DNA of 63,192 bases, the filler included, from Anaerolineae bacterium (GTDB taxonomy: Bacteria > Chloroflexota > Anaerolineae > Epilineales > Epilineaceae): NCBI GenBank assembly GCA_029262755.1. It is 5 parts of 5 records of this genome, joined end to end, with 100 filler letters (N's around TTAATTAATTAA, not from the genome) between each part and the next. Parts side by side here need not be neighbours in the genome. Positions count along the whole stretch, not along the records: positions 1 to 26,543 come from JAJCYU010000223.1; 4 more parts are not named here. One strand, written 5' to 3'. A program made the position numbers and the translations under genes. The notes beneath the pieces are model-generated. The model did not search any database. It saw only the letters and a program-made list of their open reading frames with translations, and was not told where the DNA came from. How positions within the stretch are numbered: the first letter of the stretch is position 1; each line of letters starts with the position of its first letter. Positions 10,801-20,733 of this stretch are shown piece after piece.

Positions 10801-11726
10801 AAGTCGCGGACCTCAAACCCGGTCTGCAGATCCTCGCGGACGATGTTGTAGGTCGCACTGGAGAGCAGAACCTGTCCTCCGCGCGCCTCCGCCACCAAAC
10901 GCGTCGCCCGGTTCACGGCCGGCCCTACGTAGGCTCCCGCGCGCTCCGTTACCTCTCCGGTGTGCACCGCCATGCGGACCTGGATGCCGGGAAAGTCATC
11001 GCCGAAGGCCGACCAATCCTCGGTCGATATCACGCGCTGTGCGTCGATCGCTGCCGCCAACCCAGCGCCGGCGGATACGAAGGCTGCAAAGAACGCATCC
11101 CCGATCGACCGGAAGACAAATCCTTCCTGTCCCGCCACCGTCTGGCGCATCAGTCCTTGATGACGCTCGTGTGCGCTCGCCATGGCCTTTCCATGCGATT
11201 CCCACAGCTCGGAAGCGCCATCGATCTCCGTGAAGAGAAACGTGACGGTGCCCGTCGGTGGTCCGATTGCTTGGGCGGCATGGGCCGCCCGCACCGAAGC
11301 CTCGTCGACGATCGCCGTGTCCGTCGCGCTCTCATCCTCGGTGTCGAGCATCCGTCGAAACGCGGTCGCCAGCTTCGTGAGCGCGGCATCGAAGGGCTGA
11401 CCATAGAAGTCGGTGTACTGGATCCGCCCCAGCTGAAAGTGCACGTCGGTCGGCTCGAGCAGCACCGGAAACACCGGCTTGCCCTTGTCCAGCGCGTACT
11501 GCCACTCGTCCTCGACGTTGGACGAAGTCATCGACGCGGGGGATAGGATGAGGATCAACGCCTCGGCCGAATCCAGCGCCTGCTGGATCGCCGAACTCCA
11601 CCGCGTCCCACCGTGGATCCCGTCACGGTCGATCCACGGCTCGATGCCGAGGGTTGGTAGCGCGGAGGCGAGGCGGGTCGCAAACGCAGCGTCGGCGTGC
11701 GCGTAGCTGATGAAGGTTCGAATCAT
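7830..11726 (-). CDS. TIR + class III nucleotide-cyclase-like + NACHT NTPase + FGE/SUMF1-like domain protein (1298 aa)
   Basis: TIR: FISYAHAD...WID...SSNVEDEW. Cyclase: PTGTVTFLFTEIDG...IGDAFFAAF...VRMAVHTGE...VNRATRL. Walker A GPPGGGKST, Walker B LLLDALNE. FGE-like: FPVTNAEW, PVVGVCWYEA, LPSEAEWEAAARG, GNTLEW, RVLRGGSW, GFR. Confidence 0.9.
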   Translation of the reverse strand: MIRTFISYAHADAAFATRLASALPTLGIEPWIDRDGIHGGTRWSSAIQQALDSAEALILILSPASMTSSNVEDEWQYALDKGKPVFPVLLEPTDVHFQLGRIQYTDFYGQPFDAALTKLATAFRRMLDTEDESATDTAIVDEASVRAAHAAQAIGPPTGTVTFLFTEIDGASELWESHGKAMASAHERHQGLMRQTVAGQEGFVFRSIGDAFFAAFVSAGAGLAAAIDAQRVISTEDWSAFGDDFPGIQVRMAVHTGEVTERAGAYVGPAVNRATRLVAEARGGQVLLSSATYNIVREDLQTGFEVRDFGQSNGDPRHGTDVYQLLGPGLPEARPAPATVAPQHPRERVRVGEPDPGDDPGAANDDADDRALDASTPADPWSRLEAAVRSDVGASATLTPTEALELARHRPADLREYRLGRIAEWSQQRFRLDGRFVGLTLLVDQGEEAVQGRWAAQEEQFQDLGAVLADTTEQAIVVLGPPGGGKSTLLRRLELDTAIAGLREEGPDGSRVTFFISLNTYDAGRPEDPLPAPGDWLAERWAARYSELPPLDAFVGAGRITLLLDALNEMPAADEADFHERVRLWKRWLIDVVGRHQGNRVVISCRSLDYSQSLSTPALRVPQVRIEPLVDAQIEEFLAQYSPEHHREIWAALQGSPQIEVLRSPYFLALLVEQVDATGDMPAGRAALFTGFVRQALLREIEHGNALFQPGPLLESRDLKRIAKWRWKSAYDLPERGPLLAKLAALAHAMQSDRADGERSQVRIDVDDALDLLDSEADEAILAAGEALAVLDEDESTGDLMFIHQLVQEYFAARLLAREPNPDLVRVPWRAADIRPTVAEVVERLDPADPLPPLAGTGWEETTILATAMADDAVPFLRPVMETNLVLAGRAAAQPEMQPRLPGDLLDALRDALVERSCDPAADLRHRIACGYVLGDLDDPRFERRDGPQGPYLLPPLVAIPGGVYPIGADEPIVSPEGTWTDHMPRHEVTLAGYEIGRFPVTNAEWACFQEAGGYEDEQWWDTEDARAWRRGENTAAGIHAGVKDFVARCRANPELMDELLAAGSWDETMFERAQRRLAMSEAELDAHLVELYPGGRFTEPLVWRDSRFNHPTQPVVGVCWYEARAYLNWLSAQSGLAFQLPSEAEWEAAARGLPARRYAYGDDFDPWKGNTAETHIRRNSPVGVFPDGDTPEGIADLTGNTLEWTSSAFGSSRDASAFPYPYDAEDGRENPDLPATTLRVLRGGSWSDVQSVALAAYRVIPPPGNRAGDNGFRALLRREASPNADATEKPTAGNTAE

Positions 11727-11884
11727 GGGCAGATGATGCCAGTACGGGACGCGGCGGGCTACGGCGCGGGCATCTGGAAGGGCGCGAATCTACCGGCTAC
11801 GTGGGGCGCCGGCTCGCCCGCCCGCGACCCGTCGCTGTTCATCAAACCAGGAATCGTCTTCATACGCCGCCGACCGCTGTAATC

Positions 11885-12196
11885 TCAGTCGTCCTTGTCG
11901 CCCCACTTCTCGCGTGCCACGCGCTCGGCTTCATCCAGGATGTTGCGTGGGTCCGGCGGCGTTTCGGCGGCGCTCTCCGCTTCCGCTTCCGACTCTGATT
12001 CCGGCCTGGGTGGGATCGGCTCGTCGAGGCGCAGCAAGCGACCCTCGAAGTACCAGCGACCGCCGCGCAGACGGTATTCGACCGGCTCGTCATTCGGGCA
12101 GCACAAGCGCCCCGGCTGTTGCGGGCAGGGGATCATGGCCTCGTCGCACCAGGGGCACTCCGTCGGCTTGATTGGTCGTCGGTTCTGAAATGCCAC
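11885..12196 (-). CDS. small Cys-rich hypothetical protein (103 aa)
   Basis: RBS AAGGAG + GTG; CPWC...CP...CCPN; acidic tail. Confidence 0.55.
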   Translation of the reverse strand: MAFQNRRPIKPTECPWCDEAMIPCPQQPGRLCCPNDEPVEYRLRGGRWYFEGRLLRLDEPIPPRPESESEAEAESAAETPPDPRNILDEAERVAREKWGDKDD

Positions 12197-12528
12197 GGTG
12201 GTGCTCCTTCGGTGTCGTGAGGGGTGTCGACGAAGTGAGGATAGCTTCAAGGAGACAGGGCGAAAGCGGCGCATTGATCCTAGCTCTGGGCGCCGCCCCG
12301 CACGACGGTCGCCCTCGGCTACTTCGCGCTTCGCGCCGGCGATCTTGATGCGGCACGATGGCACCCATAGAGGCGCTCCGAGAGCGCGCTGGTGGACGAG
12401 CGCACTTTGTCCTGGACGAGGCTACCCGGCGCGGGTGAGCGTGGCGTGGGGATAAGCGTCCCTACAGAACCCGAATCGACCCGATGCGAACTCGACCCGA
12501 ACGGATCCCTAATGGCAGGAGCCCAGCG

Positions 12529-13911
12529 ATGACGAGCCCGAGGGAACCGGCCGGACCCGCGCCCGGTGCCGGCACGTCGGCCGCGTCAGACACCGGCCGC
12601 CACGAAGCGAGCTATGGGCTCTTGGAGGCCCTGCTCAACCGGCGCTCGCGGCGTTTCGGACGCGGCATGCATCTGGACGGCGGCCCGCTTTCCTACAAGA
12701 GCGAGCACGTGCCGCAGCCCTTGAGCGTCGAGGAGGAGGCCGCTCTCGCCTTCGCCGCCTGCGGCATCACGGGCCCCGTTTTGGGCGAATTGCCCTACAA
12801 GAGCGGAAGCGAGCCCGAGACCGGCGGCGGCAACATCATGACTCATCTCGTCGGCCGTACGGTAGCTAGCGGCGACGCGATGCACTGCGTGACGATGTTC
12901 GTGCTCAACGACGACGGCGGCTGGATGCTCCGGCGGCCCCAAGACTATCCGCGCGCCGAGATCGCCGAGCTGGCGGCCCTGTCCCGCGAGCACCGCTTCG
13001 TCGAACTCTACCAGCGCAGCCGGGTCCGCGTCGCCGACCAGCGGCCGCAGGTCGCGCGACGCCTGCCTCACGTACCGTCCTTCAACCGGTGGTCGGCCAA
13101 CGTGCCGGGCACGACCTACTTCCTTCCCGTAGCCGAGCTGACGGGGCTCTACATCAACCTCCTGCTGAGCGTCTTCGACGAGGAGTACGGCTGCTTCGTC
13201 TACGACGATCGCCATGGCCTCCGTCCCGCGGGCCTCGGCCGCTTCGCGCGCTCCCGTGGCGGGCACTTGCACGATGATCCCGCGCTCGAGCGCGTCGGCA
13301 CGATCGACATGATCGAGACCTGGCTGCTGGAGTTCGCCGCCCTCGAGCAGGGTCAGATGCTCCAGAATCTGGGCCTGATGGCCGCGGCGCTCGACGTCGG
13401 CGGCTTCATGCACTTCGCCGCCCACCCGTATGGCTGGATGCAGGCCCTTGGCTTCCGCATGGTCGACGTGCCGATCTCCACGACGACGGGCATGGGCCCG
13501 CTGCGGCGATCCATGATCCGCCTGCTGCGCAAGGACATGCCCATTCCAACCGCCGTCGGGCTGGAACGTGGCGGCGAGGTCCTGATCCGACCCTTCTGCC
13601 CGCCCTACTACGCCACCATGTCCGACGCCGTCCACGCCTTCGTCGATTACAAGCTCGCCGCCGGCACCGGCACGCTGCGCGACGGCGGGGCGCACACCGC
13701 CTGGCGCGACGGCGCCGCCGTCCAGGCCGGAATGCCGCACTACTCCGAGCGGAGCATCGCGGCGACGATCGCATACTGCGAGTACGTCTACGAGCGCTTC
13801 GGCCGGTTCCCGGCCGCGACGGGTCCCTTCCGCACGACGCTGGCCTATCAGGCGCAGCACCTCGACCCGGATTTCTACAACCGGTACTACAAGCCGGGCG
13901 TGGGAGAGTAG
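12529..13911 (+). CDS. conserved hypothetical protein, probably nitroreductase-like fold
   Basis: RBS AGGAG; LLEALLNRRSRRF and EQGQMLQNLGLMAAALDVGG segments resemble nitroreductase FMN-binding motifs. Confidence 0.6.
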   Translation: MTSPREPAGPAPGAGTSAASDTGRHEASYGLLEALLNRRSRRFGRGMHLDGGPLSYKSEHVPQPLSVEEEAALAFAACGITGPVLGELPYKSGSEPETGGGNIMTHLVGRTVASGDAMHCVTMFVLNDDGGWMLRRPQDYPRAEIAELAALSREHRFVELYQRSRVRVADQRPQVARRLPHVPSFNRWSANVPGTTYFLPVAELTGLYINLLLSVFDEEYGCFVYDDRHGLRPAGLGRFARSRGGHLHDDPALERVGTIDMIETWLLEFAALEQGQMLQNLGLMAAALDVGGFMHFAAHPYGWMQALGFRMVDVPISTTTGMGPLRRSMIRLLRKDMPIPTAVGLERGGEVLIRPFCPPYYATMSDAVHAFVDYKLAAGTGTLRDGGAHTAWRDGAAVQAGMPHYSERSIAATIAYCEYVYERFGRFPAATGPFRTTLAYQAQHLDPDFYNRYYKPGVGE

Positions 13912-13966
13912 CGAGGGGCCAACGGTCGAAGCGTGAACGGACATTCGGGCCCACACGTGGCCCAAG

Positions 13967-14557
13967 GTGGAGGCACGAGTGAAGCGAACGATCGTCCTTG
14001 TGTGCAGCGTGGCCATTCTCTTGTTCGCGTGGTCGCGCCGGCCGCTGTCCTTTGAGCGCGCCGTGTGGATCGCGGCGGGACCGCAGACGCCTGCGGGGAC
14101 CGCAGTTGCGGTGGGTACGCGTTGGCGGATGTTGGACGACTTGATGGCTCGTCATGTGATGCTCGGCGCTAGCTTCGCGGAACTCTGCGACATCTTGGGG
14201 CCCGACGACACGGGCAACTGCGAGAACTTCCACCCGTTCAAAGCCGGTACGAAACGCTCGGCCCCGCCGCCTGAGATGCTGGCCGATCTCATGGAGCAGG
14301 GACGACCAACCCCCTCGGTGCCGACGATCTTCGACCCCAACCTCAGAGAACGGATCGAGGATCCCCGTCCGGGTCCACCCTGCGAGCGCGACAAGAGCGA
14401 AAGCGGAATCGTGAGCGGCTTCGGTGGCTTGGCTCCGCACTTCAAGTATCGGATCCGCAACAACCACGGAATCCTCCGCACGCTGCACACCGACCTCTAC
14501 TTCATCTTCTGCGAGGAGGGCGTCGTGGATCAGTGGCTGCTCCAGATTGGCGACTGA
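13967..14557 (+). CDS. hypothetical exported/membrane protein
   Basis: N-terminal hydrophobic stretch; RWRMLDDLM...LGASFAELCDILGPDD motif; start uncertain. Confidence 0.5.
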   Translation: MEARVKRTIVLVCSVAILLFAWSRRPLSFERAVWIAAGPQTPAGTAVAVGTRWRMLDDLMARHVMLGASFAELCDILGPDDTGNCENFHPFKAGTKRSAPPPEMLADLMEQGRPTPSVPTIFDPNLRERIEDPRPGPPCERDKSESGIVSGFGGLAPHFKYRIRNNHGILRTLHTDLYFIFCEEGVVDQWLLQIGD

Positions 14558-14731
14558 AAATGTGTGCAACTGCGGGGCCTAGACGTTCGCCGGCGAATCG
14601 ATGGCGCGACAGCGTCGCGACGCTGTCGCGCGACGGGTGTACGACCGCGGCTCGCCCGTAGTACGTTCTACCTGGTCCTGGCGCCACGGACCGCAATTCT
14701 CCGCGAGGCCCCGATGCTATCATGGCCACCT

Positions 14732-15325
14732 ATGATCGAGCCGCCGACCGAGGTCCCCTTGGTCCCTTCCAGCACGCTCGGACTGTACCGCGCGTCGGAC
14801 TACTGGGCGCTGCCCGATGATCCTCGGGTCGAGCTTGTGTTCGGGCGTCTATTGCTGATGGCAAGTCCGTTGCGGAGGCATCAAGTCGTCGTGATGCAAC
14901 TGCTCGATCACCTTCGCGCGAGCATGCGGCCGGTCGGCTGCGAAGTAATCGTTGCGCCCATGGATGTGATCCTCGCGGATCACTCCGTTGTGCAGCCGGA
15001 CCTCCTGCTCGTCACCCCGGAGCGCGCCTCCATCGTCGGAGACCGCATCGATGGCGCCCCCGACCTGCTGATCGAGGTTCTGTCGCCCTCCACCGCGCGC
15101 CTGGATCGTGGCGACAAGCTCCGTCTCTACGCCGAGAGCAACGTCCGCGAATACTGGCTGGTCGATCCGGAGGCCCGGGTGATCGAATTCCTTACGCAGC
15201 ACCAGGGCCGGTGGCTGACGGCGTGGCCGGAGGACGGAGGCTATAGCTCGGAGACGATTCAGGGGCTGGCGTTGGACTTGGGCGCGTTGTGGGAAAGCGT
15301 GGCGGAGGAGATGGGTAGGCGGTAG
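14732..15325 (+). CDS. Uma2 family (PD-(D/E)XK) endonuclease
   Basis: RVELVFG, VVQPDLL, GAPDLLIEVLSPST...DK...YAESNVREYWLVDP. Confidence 0.9.
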   Translation: MIEPPTEVPLVPSSTLGLYRASDYWALPDDPRVELVFGRLLLMASPLRRHQVVVMQLLDHLRASMRPVGCEVIVAPMDVILADHSVVQPDLLLVTPERASIVGDRIDGAPDLLIEVLSPSTARLDRGDKLRLYAESNVREYWLVDPEARVIEFLTQHQGRWLTAWPEDGGYSSETIQGLALDLGALWESVAEEMGRR

Positions 15326-15379
15326 TGCGGGGGTGGTCGGTAGCGGGGCGCGCAGCACTGGCACTCGTGGAGAGGATGC

Positions 15380-16048
<669 letters not shown>

Positions 16049-16224
16049 TGTCAGCCCCCTAGCCGTCCAACCAGCCTGAATCTGCGGGTTCGGCAGCCAC
16101 TGCATCCACGCCAGCGGCCCGCCGCTCGTCGGCAATAGCGTTGCTGCTATTCCCTCCTCGCTGCGAACCACCGGCGCGGCGCATTGGCTCCCTCACTATC
16201 CGCATCTCCAGGCTGGTTGGACTC

Positions 16225-17778
16225 TTAGTCGATGTCGATGAAGAGGGGAATCGTGTGGGAGTTCGGGTCGTAGGGGCCGGCAACCTTGCCTACGACAATA
16301 CCGTCGACGGAGCGATCGGCCGTGCCGCCCGTCACGCTGCTTGCGTGCACCATGGTCCCGCCGGCCGCAACCAGCATCTTGCTGCCGATCTCCCAATCGG
16401 CGCCCAGTAGTGCCGTGTCCGCGCCACTCACCGCATGGTTGCCGGACATCGTGGTGCTCAGCCCGCCCACATTGACGGCCGGCGCAAGCCCCTCGGTGAT
16501 CATGACGAGATAGCCGCGGGGCGCGATCGAGCCCGCGGCCGGTGCGAAGTCGACGTATTCGCCGCCGTCCTCGAACACGACGACCGAACTGGAAACGGCC
16601 TCCTTGGCAACCCCGATTACGGCGTTGCGATTACCGGCGCTGAGCTTGGCGACCGCCAACATCGGCTGACCATGGTTCGGATCCGACACGACGCCGACCA
16701 TGGCGACTAGATCGCCCGGCTCGATGGCCGTGTCGCCGGAATTGACGACCACCGATTGACGATTGGCCACGCGGTCGACGTAGGAACTGGCACTGATCCC
16801 GCCGGAACCGCCGAAGTACGCATCGAAATTGGAGCCGCCGCCCTGGACATACATGCCCCGAAAGCTGTTGCTGTAGATGCGAGCACCGTAGCCCTGTTCC
16901 GATGCGGAATCGGTTCCACGTGCAAACAGGCCCTTGCCGCCTTCGAAGTAACCGCCTTCGTTGTAGAAGCTGAAGCTATCCGACGTGTCGCCCCGCCCGT
17001 AGACACCCACACCTCGATTGCTCTGCCCATAGATGCCGGGCGCGAGAATATTGGGATGGCTACGGTCGCCGTTGCTGTAGCCGTAGACGCCGACACCGTT
17101 CGTGCTGTAGAAATAGCCGGCGTAGCCGCGATTGGCATCGCTGCCGCCGTCAAAGCCGTAGATGGCATATCCGTCCTGGGTCTGCCCGTAAATCGCGCGG
17201 CCGTTTTCAGCAAGGCCGTAAATGGCGTTGCCCGTCGTCGTTCGCCCCGTGATCGCGCCTCGGTTGAAGGCGAATACATCGTTGTTCATCTGCGCGTCGA
17301 TCACGTAGTTGTTGGGAAACGCGTTGGCCGTGCCCTTGACAATGGCGCCGGGGCGCAGTGTGTGCGCCATCGGCGCCGGCAGGATCTCCTGGCGCGGTGA
17401 GAGCAACTCGCCGTTGATGGTCTGTGCCACCCACAGTTCCTCGCCATTGAAGATGTCCGTCGTGATGTCGAGCTTCGTCTCGAAGAGGCCGTCGTTCACG
17501 AGGATCGGGAGGTCACCGCTCTCCCATAGCAAATCGCCTCTCGCCGGAGCGTTGAATATCGAGAATTGCATGGTGAAGGCGCCGTCAAGAGGCACGTCGT
17601 TGGGATCGGTGAGGTAGCCTTGGAACGTGATGGCATCCCCGATGGTGGCGCTCGGCGCAAGCGCGGACGTAGCCCGCGCCGCGTCCGCCCGCGTAGGCCA
17701 ATACGCGCCAAGGCCGCCGAGCAGCAACACGGCAGCGGCAGCGATCGGTATGTAGGGAACGGTTCCTCGAGCGTTCAT
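16225..17778 (-). CDS. secreted fibre/adhesin-like protein with glycine-rich repeats
   Basis: RBS AAGGAGG; signal peptide; ITFQGYLTD...GLF...LSPRQ...APMA N-domain; (AIYG/GVYG)n repeats; C-terminus IEPGDLV...VIGV...VVGKV resembling tail-fibre chaperone domains. Confidence 0.75.
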   Translation of the reverse strand: MNARGTVPYIPIAAAAVLLLGGLGAYWPTRADAARATSALAPSATIGDAITFQGYLTDPNDVPLDGAFTMQFSIFNAPARGDLLWESGDLPILVNDGLFETKLDITTDIFNGEELWVAQTINGELLSPRQEILPAPMAHTLRPGAIVKGTANAFPNNYVIDAQMNNDVFAFNRGAITGRTTTGNAIYGLAENGRAIYGQTQDGYAIYGFDGGSDANRGYAGYFYSTNGVGVYGYSNGDRSHPNILAPGIYGQSNRGVGVYGRGDTSDSFSFYNEGGYFEGGKGLFARGTDSASEQGYGARIYSNSFRGMYVQGGGSNFDAYFGGSGGISASSYVDRVANRQSVVVNSGDTAIEPGDLVAMVGVVSDPNHGQPMLAVAKLSAGNRNAVIGVAKEAVSSSVVVFEDGGEYVDFAPAAGSIAPRGYLVMITEGLAPAVNVGGLSTTMSGNHAVSGADTALLGADWEIGSKMLVAAGGTMVHASSVTGGTADRSVDGIVVGKVAGPYDPNSHTIPLFIDID

Positions 17779-17811
17779 GTGAACCTCCTTACGGACGACA
17801 AGCACGTAGGC

Positions 17812-19911
17812 TTACTGCCCTTGTAGTTCGATCTGCAGAGACAAGCTTGGCGCGTAGGCGGGGTCGATGGCCAGGCTCCGTTGGAGCGACTGCCTGGCCG
17901 CGTCGAGACGGCCCAGCTGCTTGTAGACGGTGGCAAGGCCCAGATGGAAATCCGCCGAACCCGGCTGCCACCGCACCGCCTGTTCGAACGCGCGTTGCGC
18001 TGCGAGCAACTCGTGCTCCTCCAACCGCGCCCAGCCCAAGATGCCGTAGGAGACACCGTCGCTCTCATCGAGATCCGCCGCCCGTTCCGCCCTATTCGAT
18101 GCCAATGCCACGTCACCCGATCGCAGTGCGAGATCGGCGTAATGCCGAAAGGTCAACGCGATCGTCGGCCCGAGGGAGATCGCCGCCTCGTAGGCGTCGT
18201 AGGCCATGTCGAGCCTCTCGGGCGCCCCGTTCGCCTGAGCGGCGTGGATGGCCGCGAGTTGAGTGTACAGCACTGGATCGTTGGGACGCAGGGCAATTGC
18301 CGCCCGCATCGTCTCTTCCGCCCGCTCGTAGTCGCCCAGTTCCGCGGCAGTCAACGCCTCGGCGACATGATAGGCAGCGCGATGGGGCTGGTATCTCACC
18401 GACTCCGCGTACTGCGCCAGTGCCGCCGCGTGATTCCCCTGGCTCAGGAGAATCGTGCCGCGCCTACTGGACACATCCGCCAGCAAAGGGCGTGCGTTGA
18501 ACTGCCAAGCAGCCCAGACCACGATTACGCCGCCCGCGCCCAAGGCCGACCAACCGGCCCACGCCGGCATCGGGAGAGGCGACCTCGCAGCCTGTGTCCG
18601 CGCCTGTGTATTCGATTCTGTTCGCGACTGTGCCGCCCCTGCCGCGGCGGCCAGAATGCTCAACAGCAGCCAGAAGAGCGTTGCCGTCGCGGCGACGTCA
18701 AACAAGAACAGATTCCCCACCAGCATCGCGCAGACCGATGCCACACACGCAGCAACCCAATGACGCCCGAGCCGTTGTTCGGCGAACGAGGGCAGGCTGA
18801 ACTGCTCCGGCGCCGTCGGCTGCTGCCGGCCTTGGTGCACGATGAGGCCGACGAGGGCGATCAGCACGAGGGTTGCCACGATGCCATGGTTGAGGGACCA
18901 GTCGAGCAGCCAATTGTGTGCGCGGTCGACAACGACGCCACGACCTTGGGAGTAGACCAGCTGCGGCGGATAGACGGCAGGAAAAAACAGCTCCAACGTG
19001 TCCGCGCCGTAGCCGAGCCATAAGTGTGGCCTCAGTAGGTCGATCGATGCCCGCCAAATTGTCCAGCGGGCGGCGATGGAGCCGCCCCCTGCGATGCCCC
19101 GCTGCAGGATCAGCAGCAATGCGGCGCCAAGCGTCGCAATCCCGCCCAGGGCGCTCAACCAGCGCACGCGGGATGGCCAGCGGGGCGCAGCGCTCAACCA
19201 CACAAACACGCCAATGCCGACGACCGCGGCGATCCACGCCGCCCGCGCGTGGGTCAAGGCGATGACGCTCAGGTCGAGCACGACGAGGGCAGCGAATGAC
19301 CATCGAAGCCGATGTGTGGTGGCCGACACTGCGGCGGCCAGCGTGATCGGCAGCAGCAGCGCCAGATAGGCGCCCGTGAAGTTGGCCCGCCCAAGGGTGG
19401 TGGTCATGGGACTACGCGCGTCGGTGAACAGCGGCGCCGGCTGCCAACCGGCTGCCTGCGCCAGGCCCAGCCCGCAGATCGGCACGGCGGTGAAGACGAC
19501 GAAGAGCAGCAAGCGCCGACTGCTCCGGGCGTTGATTCGCGTGGCGACGCAGACGAAAAGCAGCAGATAGCTCAACTGGGTGAGCAAGCCGCCGGCCCGG
19601 TCTAGCGTGCCGTGGATCGCGATGCTTCGATTGGGGCTCTGGAACGTCGACAGGACGAGGATAAGTACGAGCGCGATGAGGAGGCCGCGCACGGTTGAGG
19701 AGAGCGGCACGGTCCGCGAACCGCGCAGAAGACCGCCCAACCACAGGAGAGCCAGCGCCCAGACCAAGGTCCGCAACAGCCAGATCTTCGACGCCTCGAA
19801 TTGTTGCTCAACCCACAGATTCACGAACAACGGCGTCAACAACGCGATCAACAGCCAAATCGCTTCTTGCCATCGATACAGCCGCCGATCGGGTGCTAGA
19901 CGCGCCTGCAT
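17812..19911 (-). CDS. O-antigen ligase (Wzy_C/PglL-like) family membrane protein with C-terminal TPRs
   Basis: Many TM helices; TTLGRANFTGAYL, LTHARAAW, RWTIW...WLGYG, DRAHNWLLD motifs; TPR helices in the last ~220 aa. Confidence 0.9.
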   Translation of the reverse strand: MQARLAPDRRLYRWQEAIWLLIALLTPLFVNLWVEQQFEASKIWLLRTLVWALALLWLGGLLRGSRTVPLSSTVRGLLIALVLILVLSTFQSPNRSIAIHGTLDRAGGLLTQLSYLLLFVCVATRINARSSRRLLLFVVFTAVPICGLGLAQAAGWQPAPLFTDARSPMTTTLGRANFTGAYLALLLPITLAAAVSATTHRLRWSFAALVVLDLSVIALTHARAAWIAAVVGIGVFVWLSAAPRWPSRVRWLSALGGIATLGAALLLILQRGIAGGGSIAARWTIWRASIDLLRPHLWLGYGADTLELFFPAVYPPQLVYSQGRGVVVDRAHNWLLDWSLNHGIVATLVLIALVGLIVHQGRQQPTAPEQFSLPSFAEQRLGRHWVAACVASVCAMLVGNLFLFDVAATATLFWLLLSILAAAAGAAQSRTESNTQARTQAARSPLPMPAWAGWSALGAGGVIVVWAAWQFNARPLLADVSSRRGTILLSQGNHAAALAQYAESVRYQPHRAAYHVAEALTAAELGDYERAEETMRAAIALRPNDPVLYTQLAAIHAAQANGAPERLDMAYDAYEAAISLGPTIALTFRHYADLALRSGDVALASNRAERAADLDESDGVSYGILGWARLEEHELLAAQRAFEQAVRWQPGSADFHLGLATVYKQLGRLDAARQSLQRSLAIDPAYAPSLSLQIELQGQ

Positions 19912-20193
19912 GGTTTCCCTCGCTTCGAAGCGTCGGGACCCGGGTGAGGGGGTATCACGGCGTAGGCAACGGCGGCCCTACCCAGGGTGTTCCGCCGTTC
20001 CGAGGAGAGGCCATTTATTCTCAACAGTCTGCACGAGTGTGGAGCCGGAGACGATTGCGTTGCCGGCACAAAGGGTCGGGCTCCTTCATTCCCGAATGGG
20101 TCGAATGGACGACCAAACGATGCGCGGGCTTGGCAGGCCGGCGGGTGGCATGATCGATTGCCGCGCCAACTCAGACCGATCACGGGTCCTGAA

Positions 20194-20733
20194 CTACGGG
20201 TGGTCCGCCCGCCAGCGCGCATAACGCGCGATGCCTACGTCGATGACACGCTCGGCCTCGGCGGGACCGAGGAAGCCCTTAACCTCGACCTGCTTGTGCT
20301 CGAGCTGTTTGTAGTCCTCGAAGAAGCGTTGGATCTCAAGCAGCCGATGGGGCGAGACCTCGTCGATGTGGTGCAGGCCGTTGTACTCCGGATCGTCGAG
20401 GTGGACGCATATGATCTTCTCGTCGGCCTGGCCCTGATCGATCATCGGCATCATGCCGATGGGCCGCGCACGCAGCAGGCTCAGGGGATCGACGGGCTGC
20501 TGCATGAGCACGAGCACGTCGAGCGGGTCGTCGTCCTCGCCAAGGGTGCGCGGAATGAAGCCGTAGTTGGCCGGGTAGACCACGGAGGAGTAAAGCACGC
20601 GGTCCACGCGCAGCATGCCGGACGCCTTGTCGAGCTCGTACTTGATCTTGCTGCCCTTTGGGATCTCGATGACGGCCTGAACGGCGGCGGGAGCATCGGG
20701 TCCCGGGTCGAGGTCGTGCCAGGCGTGGGTCAT
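20194..20733 (-). CDS. ppa: inorganic pyrophosphatase (family I)
   Basis: [49 protein letters not shown]. Confidence 0.97.
   Translation of the reverse strand: MTHAWHDLDPGPDAPAAVQAVIEIPKGSKIKYELDKASGMLRVDRVLYSSVVYPANYGFIPRTLGEDDDPLDVLVLMQQPVDPLSLLRARPIGMMPMIDQGQADEKIICVHLDDPEYNGLHHIDEVSPHRLLEIQRFFEDYKQLEHKQVEVKGFLGPAEAERVIDVGIARYARWRADHP

Noticed and set aside
16225..16250. C-terminus TIPLFIDID as another YLP-type tail
   Set aside because: It lacks the aromatic residue before the I-P and the Thr/Pro linker; it is better explained as the last strand of the chaperone-like domain.
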